Shown: positions 13,208-25,850, counted from the first letter of the stretch. The stretch: 64,000 nt of DNA from Batkoa obscura (GCA_030770535.1 JASVEC010000018.1:868001-932000); one strand, 5' to 3'. Notes: generated from the letters alone by a model not told the origin. Program-made: numbers and translations.

Positions 13208-14198
13208 ATGCTCAAAAAGAGAAGCAAGCCTATAACTAATGAAGAAAGAGAAAGGATCATTGATGCGTATGTCAACGGATCTAATGCGACAAGCATTGCT
13301 AGAATTTTAGCTCTCAATGCAAGGACAGTTCAGTCTATTGTAAAGAAATATATAGATGGCGAGGATTATAGAAGAAAACCAAAAGTTGGACCAAGAGAAG
13401 CTACTAAAGTAATTTTATCAGAAGTTCAGAGAAAGTTTATACAATCTTACATTGATGAAGATTCTAATACGCTAATAAGAGGGATAAAAGAAAGAATAAA
13501 AAATGAAAGGGAAGTGAGACCAAGGGATAAAATTATAGTCAGAAGCCTAAATAAGTTTAATTATTCTCTTAAATGCCCTGATCTACCACTTCAGAACAAC
13601 GATTTGGCTATTTTGGAGTTAGAGATTTTTATGATAATAGCATTAAAAATGATATATTAAAAGTTATTGATTCCAAAGTCATGTTATTGGTGAGCCAACG
13701 TTTAATATTTCAATCCATATAAATAAAAATCCAGCTAGAAAGGAAAAAAGAGTAAGGTGACTTCAAGGATCTGTATAATAAATACATATGTATATTGTGT
13801 TATGAGTAAATGTATAACAATCGAATATCAGACTCGATTGAGGCGCTATTTTACCGACATACTCAACCAGTTTATTAAGTTAGCTATTAACAAACTTAGA
13901 TAAATAAGTGTATTGAAAGCGAAAACAATCATTGAAAATGTATACATTGAAAAAGATCCGAGCACTAAAGATATTATCGAATCAAAAGACACTGGTTGAC
14001 ATGCTTGTTACCTAGTCCTCTATCCTTAGATCACATTGAGAACATGTATCCTAAATGGGTGCAATTAGTTAGAGTAAGAGTTTTACATAATAAGAACGGA
14101 TAGTTTGAAGTCATCAAAAGTGGTTTATCAGGAACAGTAATTTATATGAACATACATTTGGTTTTCTACCAAAACACATAGTAAAAGAGAAGTTTTAA
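13208..14198 (+). pseudogene. Transposase-derived copy F: intact 150-aa N-terminal HTH ORF (13208-13660), DDE region frameshifted
   Basis: ITNEERERIIDAYVNGSNATSIARIL, then shifted fragments IGEPTF, IENVYIEKDP, YPKWVQLVR. Confidence 0.8.
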
Positions 14199-14973
14199 CG
14201 AATATTATGTTTTATGCATTATTTTTTTGGAGCTAGTAAAAGATACAATGATTCATGTTTTGCTTTATTTTTTCCCCTTTTTGCAATGTAAATTGATTTT
14301 TTTACCAGCACAAAAATAAACTATTTATATTTATAATATTGAATACACTTTCAATATTAGCAACTCACCTTGAAATTATTCAAGTTTGTTGTGTTAGATC
14401 TTTAGGAATTAATTTAGCTAATTAGTTAATTTATTAAGGCTGTTAGACCATCTGAAATTTAAAACATGCTAAACAGGTTGTATATTGTATTTCCCATAAA
14501 TTTTAAAATCAAGCATTAATTTTAAAGGCCTCAAAGGCTAAAAAGGTAAATATTTGAATTAAATCTAATTCATTATTCTAGAATCAAACAGTTTTATTTT
14601 GTATATCTAGATTATCATATTTTTAAAAAGTTCATATTAGTCTATTCGTTAATTGCTTGTATGTTATGTAAAAATTGGGCATTTAACTCATAAAGTTGAG
14701 TTCTAGAAAGAGATTTAAATTATCAAAATTTCAATCTAAATCTGCCTACAAAACACCAACTTGAAATTTAGATTATTAAGTCACCCCCTCCCCCTAAAGA
14801 AACGAAGGTGTAACCAACAATTTTATTCTCTCCCCTTAATTCACCAAATACTATGCGCTAAAGCCTTACCAAACCTCAAGTATAAATACTCTTCATCGAG
14901 TTAATAAAAAATTATCAAACTCAACAGTTAAAAATAATCTTTATAACAACTAATATTCATTAAAATTATTAAC

Positions 14974-15465
14974 ATGCATAATTTCTTATTAACCTCTCTT
15001 GCTCTTGCTTCCTTAGCTTTTGCTAACGACTATACTCCAAAACCTCCAAGTTATACTCCACCTGTAGTTACCCCACCAAGCTATGGACCACCTGCTATTA
15101 CCCCACCACATTATATTCCAGATATAACTCCACCAAGTTATGGCCCACCTGTATTAACTCCACCTAGTTATACTCCACCTAGTACACCACCAAGCTATGG
15201 TCCACCAGTTATCACTCCACCAAATTATGGCCCCCCTGTATTAACTCCACCAAGTTATACCCCTGATATTACTCCACCTAGTTATACTCCACCTAGTACT
15301 CCACCAAGTTACGGACCACCAGTTATTACTCCACCTAGCTACGGACCACCAGTTATTACCCCACCAAGCTACGGACCACCAGTTATTACTCCACCTAGCT
15401 ATGTTCCACCTTCAACTCCACATTACGATAGCCATCCTAGCTACAACCCAACCCCTATTTATTAA
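14974..15465 (+). CDS. Secreted Pro/Tyr-rich repeat protein (PPSYGPPVIT repeats), extensin-like composition
   Basis: Signal-peptide-like N-terminus, ANDY, ~10-aa repeats, ends PTPIY; TATAAA at ~14881. Confidence 0.85.
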   Translation: MHNFLLTSLALASLAFANDYTPKPPSYTPPVVTPPSYGPPAITPPHYIPDITPPSYGPPVLTPPSYTPPSTPPSYGPPVITPPNYGPPVLTPPSYTPDITPPSYTPPSTPPSYGPPVITPPSYGPPVITPPSYGPPVITPPSYVPPSTPHYDSHPSYNPTPIY

Positions 15466-15951
15466 ATTATTTATTAAAATGGTATTTATTTATGAATTTT
15501 TGTCTTTTAAGTTTTTTACAAATGTTTTTTAAAATATCAATAATGAAATAGTATGTTTAAGTTACAATATGGTTGTTTGTAAGCGAGTTTTTACAGGCTG
15601 AGTTTTTAGTTTATCGTGGGGACTGGATCTATCAAAAAATCAAAATAAGTAGATATTGCGAATTACAAGTTTGCTATACTGTATTAGTTTTATTTCAAAT
15701 TTGATAAATTATTTGACTAACTTGTTTTATTTAAATTTTAAATTAGTATTACATAAGCACTTTATGTTTAAAAACTCAAAACTCAAATAAAATAAGGGGG
15801 TAGAATCATCAAAATTTTTTTAAAGAAACTAGATTTTTAAGAGTTAAGGGGAAAGAATCCAGAATAAGCAAGATGGGTATTAAAGAAAACCATGAAAATA
15901 TAGTATAAAAGTGAAATAGATTCCTTTAATATTCATACATTAATTCAAATA

Positions 15952-16260
15952 ATGAATTTATATTTCGTATCTATCTTAACTCTTGTAAGTTGTCACAAAA
16001 TGAGCTTAAATTCATTTAATGATCACCACCCTTTAATATCACTTCGGAATGAGTGCAGTTCAAATTTTATGTATTTAAACCATCAGGAAGGGACTACTAA
16101 ATCCCTAATCAACAAACGTAGCAACTTTACAAGTAAATTGGATTTGATAACCAACTCTATAGCTGATAGCCAAGCTCCAGTTTTTTACCTAGGTACTCCT
16201 ACCGATTCAAAACCTACTGATACAACTAATAATTTTCCCCCAATTCCTATTTTTCTTTAA
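15952..16260 (+). CDS. Small hypothetical, possibly secreted protein (102 aa)
   Basis: ATG preceded by TATAAAA (~15905), short hydrophobic N-terminus, GC above flanks; no recognisable domain. Confidence 0.4.
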   Translation: MNLYFVSILTLVSCHKMSLNSFNDHHPLISLRNECSSNFMYLNHQEGTTKSLINKRSNFTSKLDLITNSIADSQAPVFYLGTPTDSKPTDTTNNFPPIPIFL

Positions 16261-17134
16261 GCGTTGCAAAGTGTCAAAATAAACCATTGTTTAAAATTTA
16301 GTTTATTAATCTTTTTGATTCTATATCCAAAATACTATTTAGATTAACATGTTGGAGCCTCTTGGACATCACACATGGTTACGGGATATCCTCCCTTTAA
16401 GATTGATATTTTGATAAAAAAAACTATTCATAATATTTACAATAGTTATCTAATAAAAACTAAATATTAATCACTGTATCTTCTATCTAATAAGCTGGTT
16501 TTATTTTAAAAAAATAAATCATTTCTAGTTATAGTCTACACAATTCAAATTCAAATTTATACGCTAAAATAGGATTAATTTTTTTAGTACTCAAAGTGTG
16601 TTAAAATTATCATTTCACCCACAAAATTTTAAAATGTCTGACTAAAATTTAGTCTAATTTGTGTCTAAAAATCTAATTTAAAGTTGAGTTAGATTTCATG
16701 AAGTGATCTTAATTAATAATTAAAATGGCCTTAAACCATTGAGCTATTAGTCTGATTTTGTTAGAGATGTAAAATAGCTCTTAAAAAATTATAATGGTAA
16801 GCTAGCAAAAGCCGTTTTAAAATAAATATTGACGACGTAAAAATATTAAATAAAGTAGGAAAGTGTTGAAAGTTATATTATACTGAACTATTTAAAATTT
16901 ATAGCTTAGAAATTTTAGTTTCAAACATGACAAACCAAGCTATTTAAAAAACCCTCAATAAAATGGATGAGTTTAAAATGACTTGGGTCAGACACTACTA
17001 ATTTTAAAAGTCAAGAGGCAGGTGTATATTATTAACATAGTCTAAAAATACTATAAAAATAACCCTATGGACTTTAAAATGAAAAGAACAATCATTCTAT
17101 TTATTTATTTAACGACTCATTAATACAACTTAAT

Positions 17135-17722
17135 ATGAAGTTATTTATTCCAATCTTGACTTTAGCTGTTACTACGTACGCTTTAGATTATAATCCAGTC
17201 CCATCAAGTTATAACTCTCCCCCAATTGTAATTCCTCCAAGCTACAATACTCCACCAGTTAGCCCTCCAACATACGATACTCCACCAGTTGTTATCCCAC
17301 CAATTGTTACTCCACCAAGTAATCCTCCACCAAGTAACCCACCAAGTTACAGTACTTCGCCAAGCAATCCTCCACCAAGTAACCCACCAAGTTACAGTAC
17401 TCCGCCAAGCAATCCTCCATCAAGTAACCCACCAAGTTACAGTACTCCACCAAGTAATCCTCCACCAAGTAACCCACCAGGTTACGAAACTTCTCCACCA
17501 AGCAATCCTCCACCAAGTAACCCACCAAGCTACAGTACTCCACCAAGTAATCCTCCACCAAGTAATCCTCCACCAAGTAACCCACCAAGTTACGAAACTT
17601 CTCCACCAAGTAATCCTCCACCAAGTTATAGTACTCCACCATCTAAAAAGCCCATCCTTTCTTTGCCTATTCTTAAACTACCAATCGTAATAGGTTCAGT
17701 AGTTAAGGCAGCAATTTATTAA
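17135..17722 (+). CDS. Secreted Pro/Ser/Tyr-rich repeat protein (PPSNPPSYST repeats)
   Basis: Signal peptide, ALDY, tandem CCACCAAGTAA repeats, ends in Tyr; CTATAAAA at ~17051. Confidence 0.85.
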   Translation: MKLFIPILTLAVTTYALDYNPVPSSYNSPPIVIPPSYNTPPVSPPTYDTPPVVIPPIVTPPSNPPPSNPPSYSTSPSNPPPSNPPSYSTPPSNPPSSNPPSYSTPPSNPPPSNPPGYETSPPSNPPPSNPPSYSTPPSNPPPSNPPPSNPPSYETSPPSNPPPSYSTPPSKKPILSLPILKLPIVIGSVVKAAIY

Positions 17723-18044
17723 TAATAAAAATTTAATTTATCTTTATAAGTAACTATTTTTAGATTTTTGAATGTTACAATGTTTAAATTTTGATCCCTT
17801 CTTTACATAGTATCTGATATTGCAACACAAATTGCTTTTGACTTTTTCGATTGTTAGCGTTTTAGAACTAGTTTACAATAAACATAAATTAGTTAGCTAT
17901 ACACTTTACTTTAGGATATGATGGATTTTAACCCTAATATCAACTTTTAATTTAGATAGTCTTAAATCTATGGCATGCTTTCACCAATATTCCCTACCTT
18001 AAAACAACCTTGTTCTTAAGATTTTATGTTCCTTTTTAGTATAT

Positions 18045-18143
18045 GGGGATATATTTTTGTGTTTAAGAATTTTACTAATAAATTTTCGGCTCAAATAGTG
18101 CTTAAAAGGTGGAAAAAGTAATGAAATCAAAAAAATCATCTCC
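18045..18143 (+). mobile_element. MITE copy
   Basis: ATAT on both flanks, family core. Confidence 0.9.
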
Positions 18144-18160
18144 ATATAGCAATTTACATT

Positions 18161-18254
18161 GAGGATGTATTTTTAAGAATTTTACTAACAATCTTTCCGC
18201 TCAAATAGCGCTTAAAAAATGGAGAAAATAATGAAACCAAAAAAAAACATCTCC
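18161..18254 (+). mobile_element. MITE copy, tandem with the previous one
   Basis: GAGGATGT...CATCTCC. Confidence 0.85.
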
Positions 18255-18955
18255 ATTTGTTTTATAATATTGTAACCTTACTAAACTTATCGCTAATGAA
18301 TAAAGAAGAGTAATTAGATAAATAATAATTTAGAATAAACAAATGCTTCATAAACAAAGTATAAAAAATCCATACTTTTGATCAGAAAAGTCAAAGCTCT
18401 AATCAATGTATTAAATAGCTTTCAAAGATTATTAAATTAAAATGTTAACTATTCTAAAAGCTAAAAATTAATACTGAAATGAGCTAATTGTAATGAAGCA
18501 CTGTAACTTTAATTCATCAACTTTAAAAAATTATCGTTTAACTTGGGAAAAGTGAGCTTGATTTTGTAAAATCACAGAGTCAAAGGAAGTTTCATGGAAT
18601 TTTCTAAAATAGCTGGAGCTAAAAGAAAAAAGCTAAGTTGATTGATGATAAAATTTATCAATATATGTCCTATGTGTATCCCTTTTAGAATTTGAATTTA
18701 TCTATAAATTATGAAATATTGAAGTTACTATCTCTAGAAGTTGAAGTGGCTGTTATATAATATTACAAATAAAAATGCTAAAAAATCAAAATTCTATCAG
18801 AAACATTTTAAACACAATATATATAAAATATGTATATATAAATTTATAATAACATTATAAAATATTATATCAATACGGAAACTGCTAAATTTTTAACTAA
18901 TAACAACGTTTGAATAAATCAACCCCACATTTAAAAAATAGTTTATTTAATATAT

Positions 18956-19053
18956 GGGGATGTCTTTTTGACTTCATTATTTTTTCCATTTTTTAAGCGC
19001 TATTTAAGCGGAAAATTTGTTAATAAAACTCTTAAACATAAAAATATATCCCC
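18956..19053 (-). mobile_element. MITE copy
   Basis: GGGGATGT...ATCCCC with ATAT TSD. Confidence 0.9.
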
Positions 19054-19305
19054 ATATGCATATACATTATTAAAAAATCTACAAAAAAAGACTATGATAA
19101 TAAACATAAGTACATAACAAATATTTATAATGTTACTTTTAACCAACGTTATCAAAGCATTATTTATTTGAAAGCATTGTTTTTAGAGCTTCAGCTCATT
19201 TTTTATCCCTTTAAAAGGCACTATTCCTAAACATTTTAATAATAAAAATAAAAATACAAAAGCTTAAGTCAATAAAGCCAAAGAGCTACATTTTTAATTT
19301 ATATT

Positions 19306-19400
19306 GGGGCTGTTTTTTAGTTTCATTATTTTTCCATTTTTAAGCGCTATTTATATGGAAAAATTGTCAGTAAAATCCTTAAATACAAAAATACATCCCC
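19306..19400 (-). mobile_element. MITE copy (same subfamily as 57420-57517)
   Basis: GGGGCTGT...ACATCCCC; shares diagnostic variants with the nested inner copy. Confidence 0.9.
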
Positions 19401-19675
19401 ATTACTAAAATTTACCCTAATTACCGTATATATTAAAATTTGAGTGGCTTTTCCCACTGTAAATTTATTAGGTTTGGAGCTGCTCAGAAATACTTTTAAA
19501 AATTAAAACACTAAAAAATTAAAACATATTAGTAGCTTTAATAGTCATGGAAATAAAAACATCTATTTTTATGTTTGAATGTTTTTTAATTTTATAGCAA
19601 TATATATTTAGAAAGTGCCATAAAAATCACGTCTACCCTGTATTTTTCTACAAATGTTCAGGTATTTTAAAACAC

Positions 19676-19774
19676 AGAGATGATTTTTTTGGTTTCATTA
19701 CTTTTTCTATCTTTTAAGTGCTATTTGAGTGGAAAGATTGTTGGTAAAATCCCTAAACACAAAAATATATCCAC
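19676..19774 (-). mobile_element. MITE copy with degenerate ends
   Basis: Core GTGCTATTTGAGTGGAAAGATTGTTGGTAAAAT. Confidence 0.75.
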
Positions 19775-20424
19775 AATCATAATATCTTTTTCGTTGTGTT
19801 TTCACTAAAACTTAATAATGGAAGTCATAGAAACTTAATAAAGATAAGTCACTGTAACTTTTCTTATAAAAAGCATCAAATCTTAAGAGTACTATCAAAC
19901 TGATGTTAACGTTAAAAAATTGAAATATCAAATGTGTATAAAAATGCAATTACAAAAATCTTCAGCTACAAAAAACGATAGAAGCTGAGAATTCAGTCAT
20001 AAATTTGTCTATGTTTTATTTTTATTACCAATTTATATACTATTAATCACCATAAACATCTTGATAGTTAGCCTTTAACGACGTTTGAGGATTTATATTA
20101 TCTATCTTTATACGTAATTTACATCTCTTTTGGATCAGATTTAAAGTATAAAAAGGCTGTAGTTACGAGTAATATACTATCGCATAATGTATAAAATAAC
20201 ATTGCATCTTACTTTATCAAAGGCTATTATTTGATATTTATCAAAAATAAGTACAAAGCAAATATTTAAAGCTCTAGTCATCTCAAATATTATACTGTTA
20301 TTCAACCAAACTGGTAATGTCACTTTTAAATGTAATATAGATTCTATCTTTCTGCCAATCGACCAATTTTATTTTAATAAAAATCACATTAATACCTGCA
20401 ATTCATATTAAATCAAAATCATAT

Positions 20425-20522
20425 GGGAGTGTTTTTTCTGGCTTTATTACTTTTCCATCTTTTAAGCGCTATTTGCGTGGAAAGATTATTAGTAAAATTC
20501 TTAAACACAAAAATACATCCCC
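20425..20522 (-). mobile_element. MITE copy
   Basis: GGGAGTGT...ACATCCCC with ATAT TSD. Confidence 0.9.
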
Positions 20523-21072
20523 ATATATTGTTTGTACACCATCAAATAAATTAATTTAATATTATTACAATACTATTCAAATTTTAGATTTTCCTCCCAC
20601 CAAAATTTAGTCAATTCTAACTAAAATTCCAAGTTTATTTTGAATTTTGGGCTTGTTATTAAATCATAACCGTTATTTTAAAAAAGTGCGTAAAATAAGT
20701 TTTAGGGTGGAAGACAGATTTACAATGATAAACTAAAATAAGGTTTATGTCTTTAAAGGACATAAATAATGACGAATTTATATTATTAAAATAAACTGAG
20801 AAAGCTTCAAGGGTCAGCTTATATTAAATTTATTTCAAATTTAGCTGTATTTTACGAATTTTTAGTTTTGAATAAAATCAAAAAATATTCTCAAAAAAAG
20901 CCATAAAACGAATTTCGATCTAACACAACCTATTTCAAAGGCCAAGAAACTGGTTTATACTAGCAAAAACATACATAAATACTATAAAGGTAGGTTTGAA
21001 AACCAAAAGATAAAACCAAAAACAACTCATTACATCTATTTATTCAATAACAACTCATTAATTCATTTTAAC

Positions 21073-21465
21073 ATGAAATTCTTTACTCTAATTTTAGCCC
21101 TATCTGTAGCTGTATCTGCTCAAGATTATAATCAAACTCCTCCAGTTGCTAATCCACCATCTTATAATAATCTTCCGGTAGATAATCCACCAAGTTATGG
21201 TATTTCAGGTAAAATTCATAAAAAATATGGCGATAAGTCCAAAAAACCAAAGAAACCACATACAAGTCATGGTAAACCATCCAATACTCCTCCAATTGCT
21301 ACTCCTCCAAGTTATGGAAACCTTCCAGTTATCGCTCCTCCGGCTGTTACCTCACCAAGCTATAGCATTCCAGTTATATCATCACCAAGCTATAAGGGAA
21401 ATCCAATCAATATTTTACCTATTCCTCAAACTTACCAAGCTATTAGCAATCCAACAACTTATTAA
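21073..21465 (+). CDS. Secreted Pro/Tyr-rich protein with a Lys/His-rich insert
   Basis: Signal peptide, AQDY, PPSY motifs, KKYGDKSKKPKKPH, ends PTTY. Confidence 0.85.
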   Translation: MKFFTLILALSVAVSAQDYNQTPPVANPPSYNNLPVDNPPSYGISGKIHKKYGDKSKKPKKPHTSHGKPSNTPPIATPPSYGNLPVIAPPAVTSPSYSIPVISSPSYKGNPINILPIPQTYQAISNPTTY

Positions 21466-23204
21466 CAATAAAAGTAGGTTAGGTTTTATCAAAATGTTTG
21501 TACAATTTTTTATTTTTAATTATTGAGTCGAAAATTGCACATATATGCAACCTAGTTCGTTTATAAGATGATATTCAGTATTTTAGAATCGGTGACATTT
21601 TAAAAGATCATAGTATTCTTTGAAAAATTCATCCTTCTTTGATTTGAAAATCTTTAGTTTTTTAGACCATAGATATTAATTATTTATATAATGTTTACTT
21701 AAAGACCTTACGTTTTATTTTTAATTATTGTTTACTTCCATTATTGTTCCTTCATTTGTCAGTTATTGAAATAGAATAGCGACGACTTAGATATTCAATA
21801 ACTTTCAAAGAATTCATGTTTAGTTTGAGAGTAATGAATTAATTATTTAAAAATACTGATTCTCTTTATAACCCATTTAATATTTGATATTTGATATTTA
21901 ATAATCATTATATACCTTTTCTAATATATGCTAATTGAAATTTTACAATTTTTCGAGGGAACTATGAAAATATAAAGGTATTATTAAAGTAGCCATGGTA
22001 TTTACAAAAAGTGATATCAAGCAGAAGTAATTACAATCAAGTTTTTGGTTATAAAAAACAAACTCAATAGTTAAACATTAAATAGAAATATTTATTCATC
22101 GATAATTATCGTAAGCAAGTTGAGAAATAACTTTTACCAATTTTGACAACTTTCATTGGTAATCTTTTAACAGAGTATATCTGAGTAAGCGAGCTATCCA
22201 TGAAATATCTTATTGGAAAATTTTTCTTTTGGAAATAGATTCATAACAAAATTACAGATCTTTAATTATAAAGAAACCCTATTCTTAACATACAATATAA
22301 AATCATTTCTAACTTTATTGAAACCTTTCGTTCCCAAAATCATCTAAGAATAGCTCTAAGATAATTGTATAAACCCATCAACTGTCTTCAATTTCAACTA
22401 ACCTTATATGCAACCAGACTGATAATATCATCTTTTAATAATCTTATACTTACCATAACTTTACTATTTGATTAATTTTATTTTATTGTAGCTATTAAAC
22501 TTGACATTTACTCTATATCTCAATAATTTCTATAACTAATAAGTTGTATTAATGCGTTGACATGAACCTTGAGTTTAAGTTTTTATTTTTAAATGTATGA
22601 TTAATTAAAGCATGTTTCAACTTAAATAGCTAAATATTTGAGGCAAATTTTAAACACCCTTAAGATTTAAGATAGTTTGACTAAAATCTAGTTTAGTTTT
22701 ATATCTAAACCCTCAAGTTTATTTTAAGTTGGGTAGATTTTTGAAATTAAAACACCTAGAGCGAAATTGAAGCTCAAGATGTTAGTTAAACTGGCTGAAC
22801 CTTTATTTTATTGACATTTAAAATAGTTTTAATATTGAAAGCATAGTGTCACTACGGTTAACTATAAAATAAATACCCCTTTCTCAAAGTATAGAAACAG
22901 CAAAGATTGGAGTCGATGAAATAAATTCCACAATTATTGAGAGCTAGATTTGATTCTATTATCCACAAAAGTTAATTATATTTTACATGTTTTAGTTATA
23001 AACCAGATTTATATTATTGAAAACGCTGAAAAAATGGGCAAATTGAAAATAAACTAAACTCAACACAACCAATATCAGCATAAACCGATGATAATAAATT
23101 AGTTTAAGCTGATGTATGAAGACTATAAAAACAGACATAAAGCTCAAAAATAAAAATAAAAACATTTCATTCTATTTATTTGCTACTACCTAATTTATTT
23201 CATT

Positions 23205-23908
23205 ATGAACAAATTCATCCTCATTATCTTTGCTTTAATTACAGTTATAATTGCATCGGATTACACTCCATCTCCACCAAGTTATAATAGTAAACCTGAA
23301 AAACCAGCTAAAAATCCTCCTACTTATGATGATAGACCAGAGAAGCCTGAAAAACCAGTTAAAAATCCTCCTACTTATGATGATAAACCAGAGAAGCCTG
23401 AAAAACCAGTTAAAAATCCTCCTACTTATGATGATAAACCAGAGAAGCCTGAAAAACCAATCAAAACTCCACCAAGCTATGAAACTCCCCCACCAAGTAA
23501 CCCTCCAAGCTATGAAACTCCTCCACCAAGTAATCCACCAAGCTATGAAACTCCTCCACCAAGTAATCCTCCACCAAGTAACCCCCCAAGTTATGAAACT
23601 CCTCCACCAAGTAATCCACCAAGCTATGAAACTCCTCCACCAAGTAATCCTCCACCAAGTAACCCCCAAGTTATGAAACTCCTCCACCAAGTAATCCACC
23701 AAGTATAAACTCCTCCACCAAGTAATCCTCCACCAAGTAACCCCCAAGTATACTACTCCACCAAGCTACAACACTTCACCAATTGTAATTCCACCAAGCT
23801 ACAATATACCTGTGATTTCATTACCTAATTATCAAATACCTAACCCAATTTACCATTTTACCAATTCCAAATCCTTATCAACTTCCTGTTAATCCAATAA
23901 CTTATTAA
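23205..23908 (+). CDS. Secreted Pro/Tyr-rich repeat protein (KPEKPVKNPPTYDD and PPSNPPSYET repeats) with frameshifts in the 3' repeats
   Basis: The ORF runs out of frame near 23665; the family-type C-terminus ILPIPNPYQLPVNPITY ends at 23908. Confidence 0.7.
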
Positions 23909-25292
23909 GAATAAAGATTTATTGAATTTTAAAATTATTTTTGAATTTTAATATAAATGAATTGAAATGTTATATTTTATGCTGTTTGTAAACATTTTTC
24001 TGATTTCTACGGGCAATGTGTAACTCCAATTTTTATAATTGTAAATTTTTTTCTATATTGAAGCTTAACATCTATCTTTTAATCTTTAAATGATTATATA
24101 GTACTAGTTTGTACTAAGAAATGGAAATAGACCCGACTTAGTATATTCAGTTCAAATAAAAGATTAAAGTAATTTCAACTATGCGATCTCTTTTATTAAC
24201 CATCTATTATAATTTTTATACTAAAACATATTGATAAAATGGATCTTATTAAGTCTGATCCTTGAATTTTAGTTGAGTTTTAGCATCGACTTACTTTTAA
24301 ATGACCAATTAATTAGTTTCCAAATCCCTATCTTCTACTAACAGCAATTTTTTCAAAAAAGATATATTAATACCTTAAAATTTCAACTATTTGAACAAAA
24401 ATTGAGTAAGATTTATTGTCAAAGCTTGATACTTTGTTTATTTTGATTTTTATAAAGCTATAATAACTCCCTTACGATTTTTTTAGGAATAGTTTTCATA
24501 ACTAAACTCTTTATATAGCCAATTTTTTTAACCTCAGATCCTTATATTTTATTAGAATCTTAATAGAATTTCAGTTTTTAAATGAACATTTTATTAAGTT
24601 ACAAAAGAGCTACAATAGCTTTAATATTTGGAATAAAAAGAATACCTTTCATTCAAATTCTTTTTCTTGACTTACTCTTCTTTTCCCTATCTCTTCTACT
24701 ATTTATCATATAATCTGAACTTAACATTCTTCGAATAATGAAATACTTGGGGCTTTGATTCTTTCAATGTTTTATTTTTTTTAAAATGAGATTCAATCTA
24801 GTTGATTAGGTAACTGATAATCTATTTTATAGGAATGTTGATTCTAAAAAAACAAATATATAGATTTACTATATAAATCTATTAGATGATATTGAAAGAT
24901 ATAGTTTTGTTTTTTTAGTATTGTTTTTTTTCTTAAGCTCTTATCAAAAGGGGAAATTATTAATAGAATTTTAAAAAAAAAGACATTCTTATATAAATAA
25001 TAACTCTATCAACTAAGAATTAAAATAAAATAGGGTTTATTTAAATCTAAATTTTATTCAAAGTTAATCTTTTAAATTTTAGTAACAAACAAAACGAGAT
25101 TTCAGTGAAAATAAAGCCCTTAAATAAATAGTGTGGAGTTTGAATAAAATAAAACTAGACAATGTAAAATAAAACAGAAAAAAAAGGTACTAATGAATAA
25201 AATAGACCTTAAATAGCTATAAAAGGTCAACCAACTTCTTGAAATAAAAAAAAAACGACATTAATTTATTCATTAATTTAACTTTACTTAAT

Positions 25293-25619
25293 ATGAAATT
25301 CCTAATTCCCACCTTGACTTTAATTGCTAGTGCATACGCTTCAGATTACATATCATCTTCACCAGTGAGTGATACTAGTTATAAATCTCCAATTATTTCG
25401 CCACCAATTATTATTACTCCACCAACTAAATATCCTCCTGTTTATGGAGGTCCAATTACCTCTCCACCTATTATTTCTCCACCTATCTATGGTGGTCCTA
25501 TTAAGTCTCCACCTATTTATGGCGGTCCTATTAAGTCTCCACCAATCTATGGTGGTCCAATTAGAATCCTCCCTATTGAAGAACCTTATCAGCCAATTAC
25601 TTATCCAGTGAGTTACTAA
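25293..25619 (+). CDS. Secreted Pro/Tyr-rich protein (SPPIYGGPIK repeats)
   Basis: Signal peptide, ASDY, 10-aa repeats, ends PVSY; CTATAAAA at ~25218. Confidence 0.85.
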   Translation: MKFLIPTLTLIASAYASDYISSSPVSDTSYKSPIISPPIIITPPTKYPPVYGGPITSPPIISPPIYGGPIKSPPIYGGPIKSPPIYGGPIRILPIEEPYQPITYPVSY

Positions 25620-25654
25620 TAACAATTATGTGAAATAATAAAATAAGTTGATTA

Positions 25655-25850
25655 TATTATTCATGTTATTTATATTATTTATATTATTATTATTTATATT
25701 ATTTATATTATTTATATTATTTATATTATTTATATTATTTATATTATTTATATTATTTATATTATTTATATTATTTATATTATTTATATTATTTATATTA
25801 TTTATATTATTTATATTATTTATATTATTTATATTATTTATATTATATTA
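25655..25850. repeat. 9-bp tandem repeat (ATTATTTAT)n, about 20 units
   Basis: Directly visible, nearly perfect array. Confidence 0.95.

Noticed and set aside
14974..23908. CRISPR-like repeat-spacer pattern
   Set aside because: The repeats are in-frame coding repeats without unique spacers, in a eukaryotic context with no cas genes.
17289..25625. Alternative-frame and antisense ORFs over the Pro-rich genes (LHQV, VEDYL, ITWWR repeats)
   Set aside because: They are shadows of the CCACCAAGT repeats; only the Pro-rich frame has a signal peptide, a TATA box and family-conserved ends.
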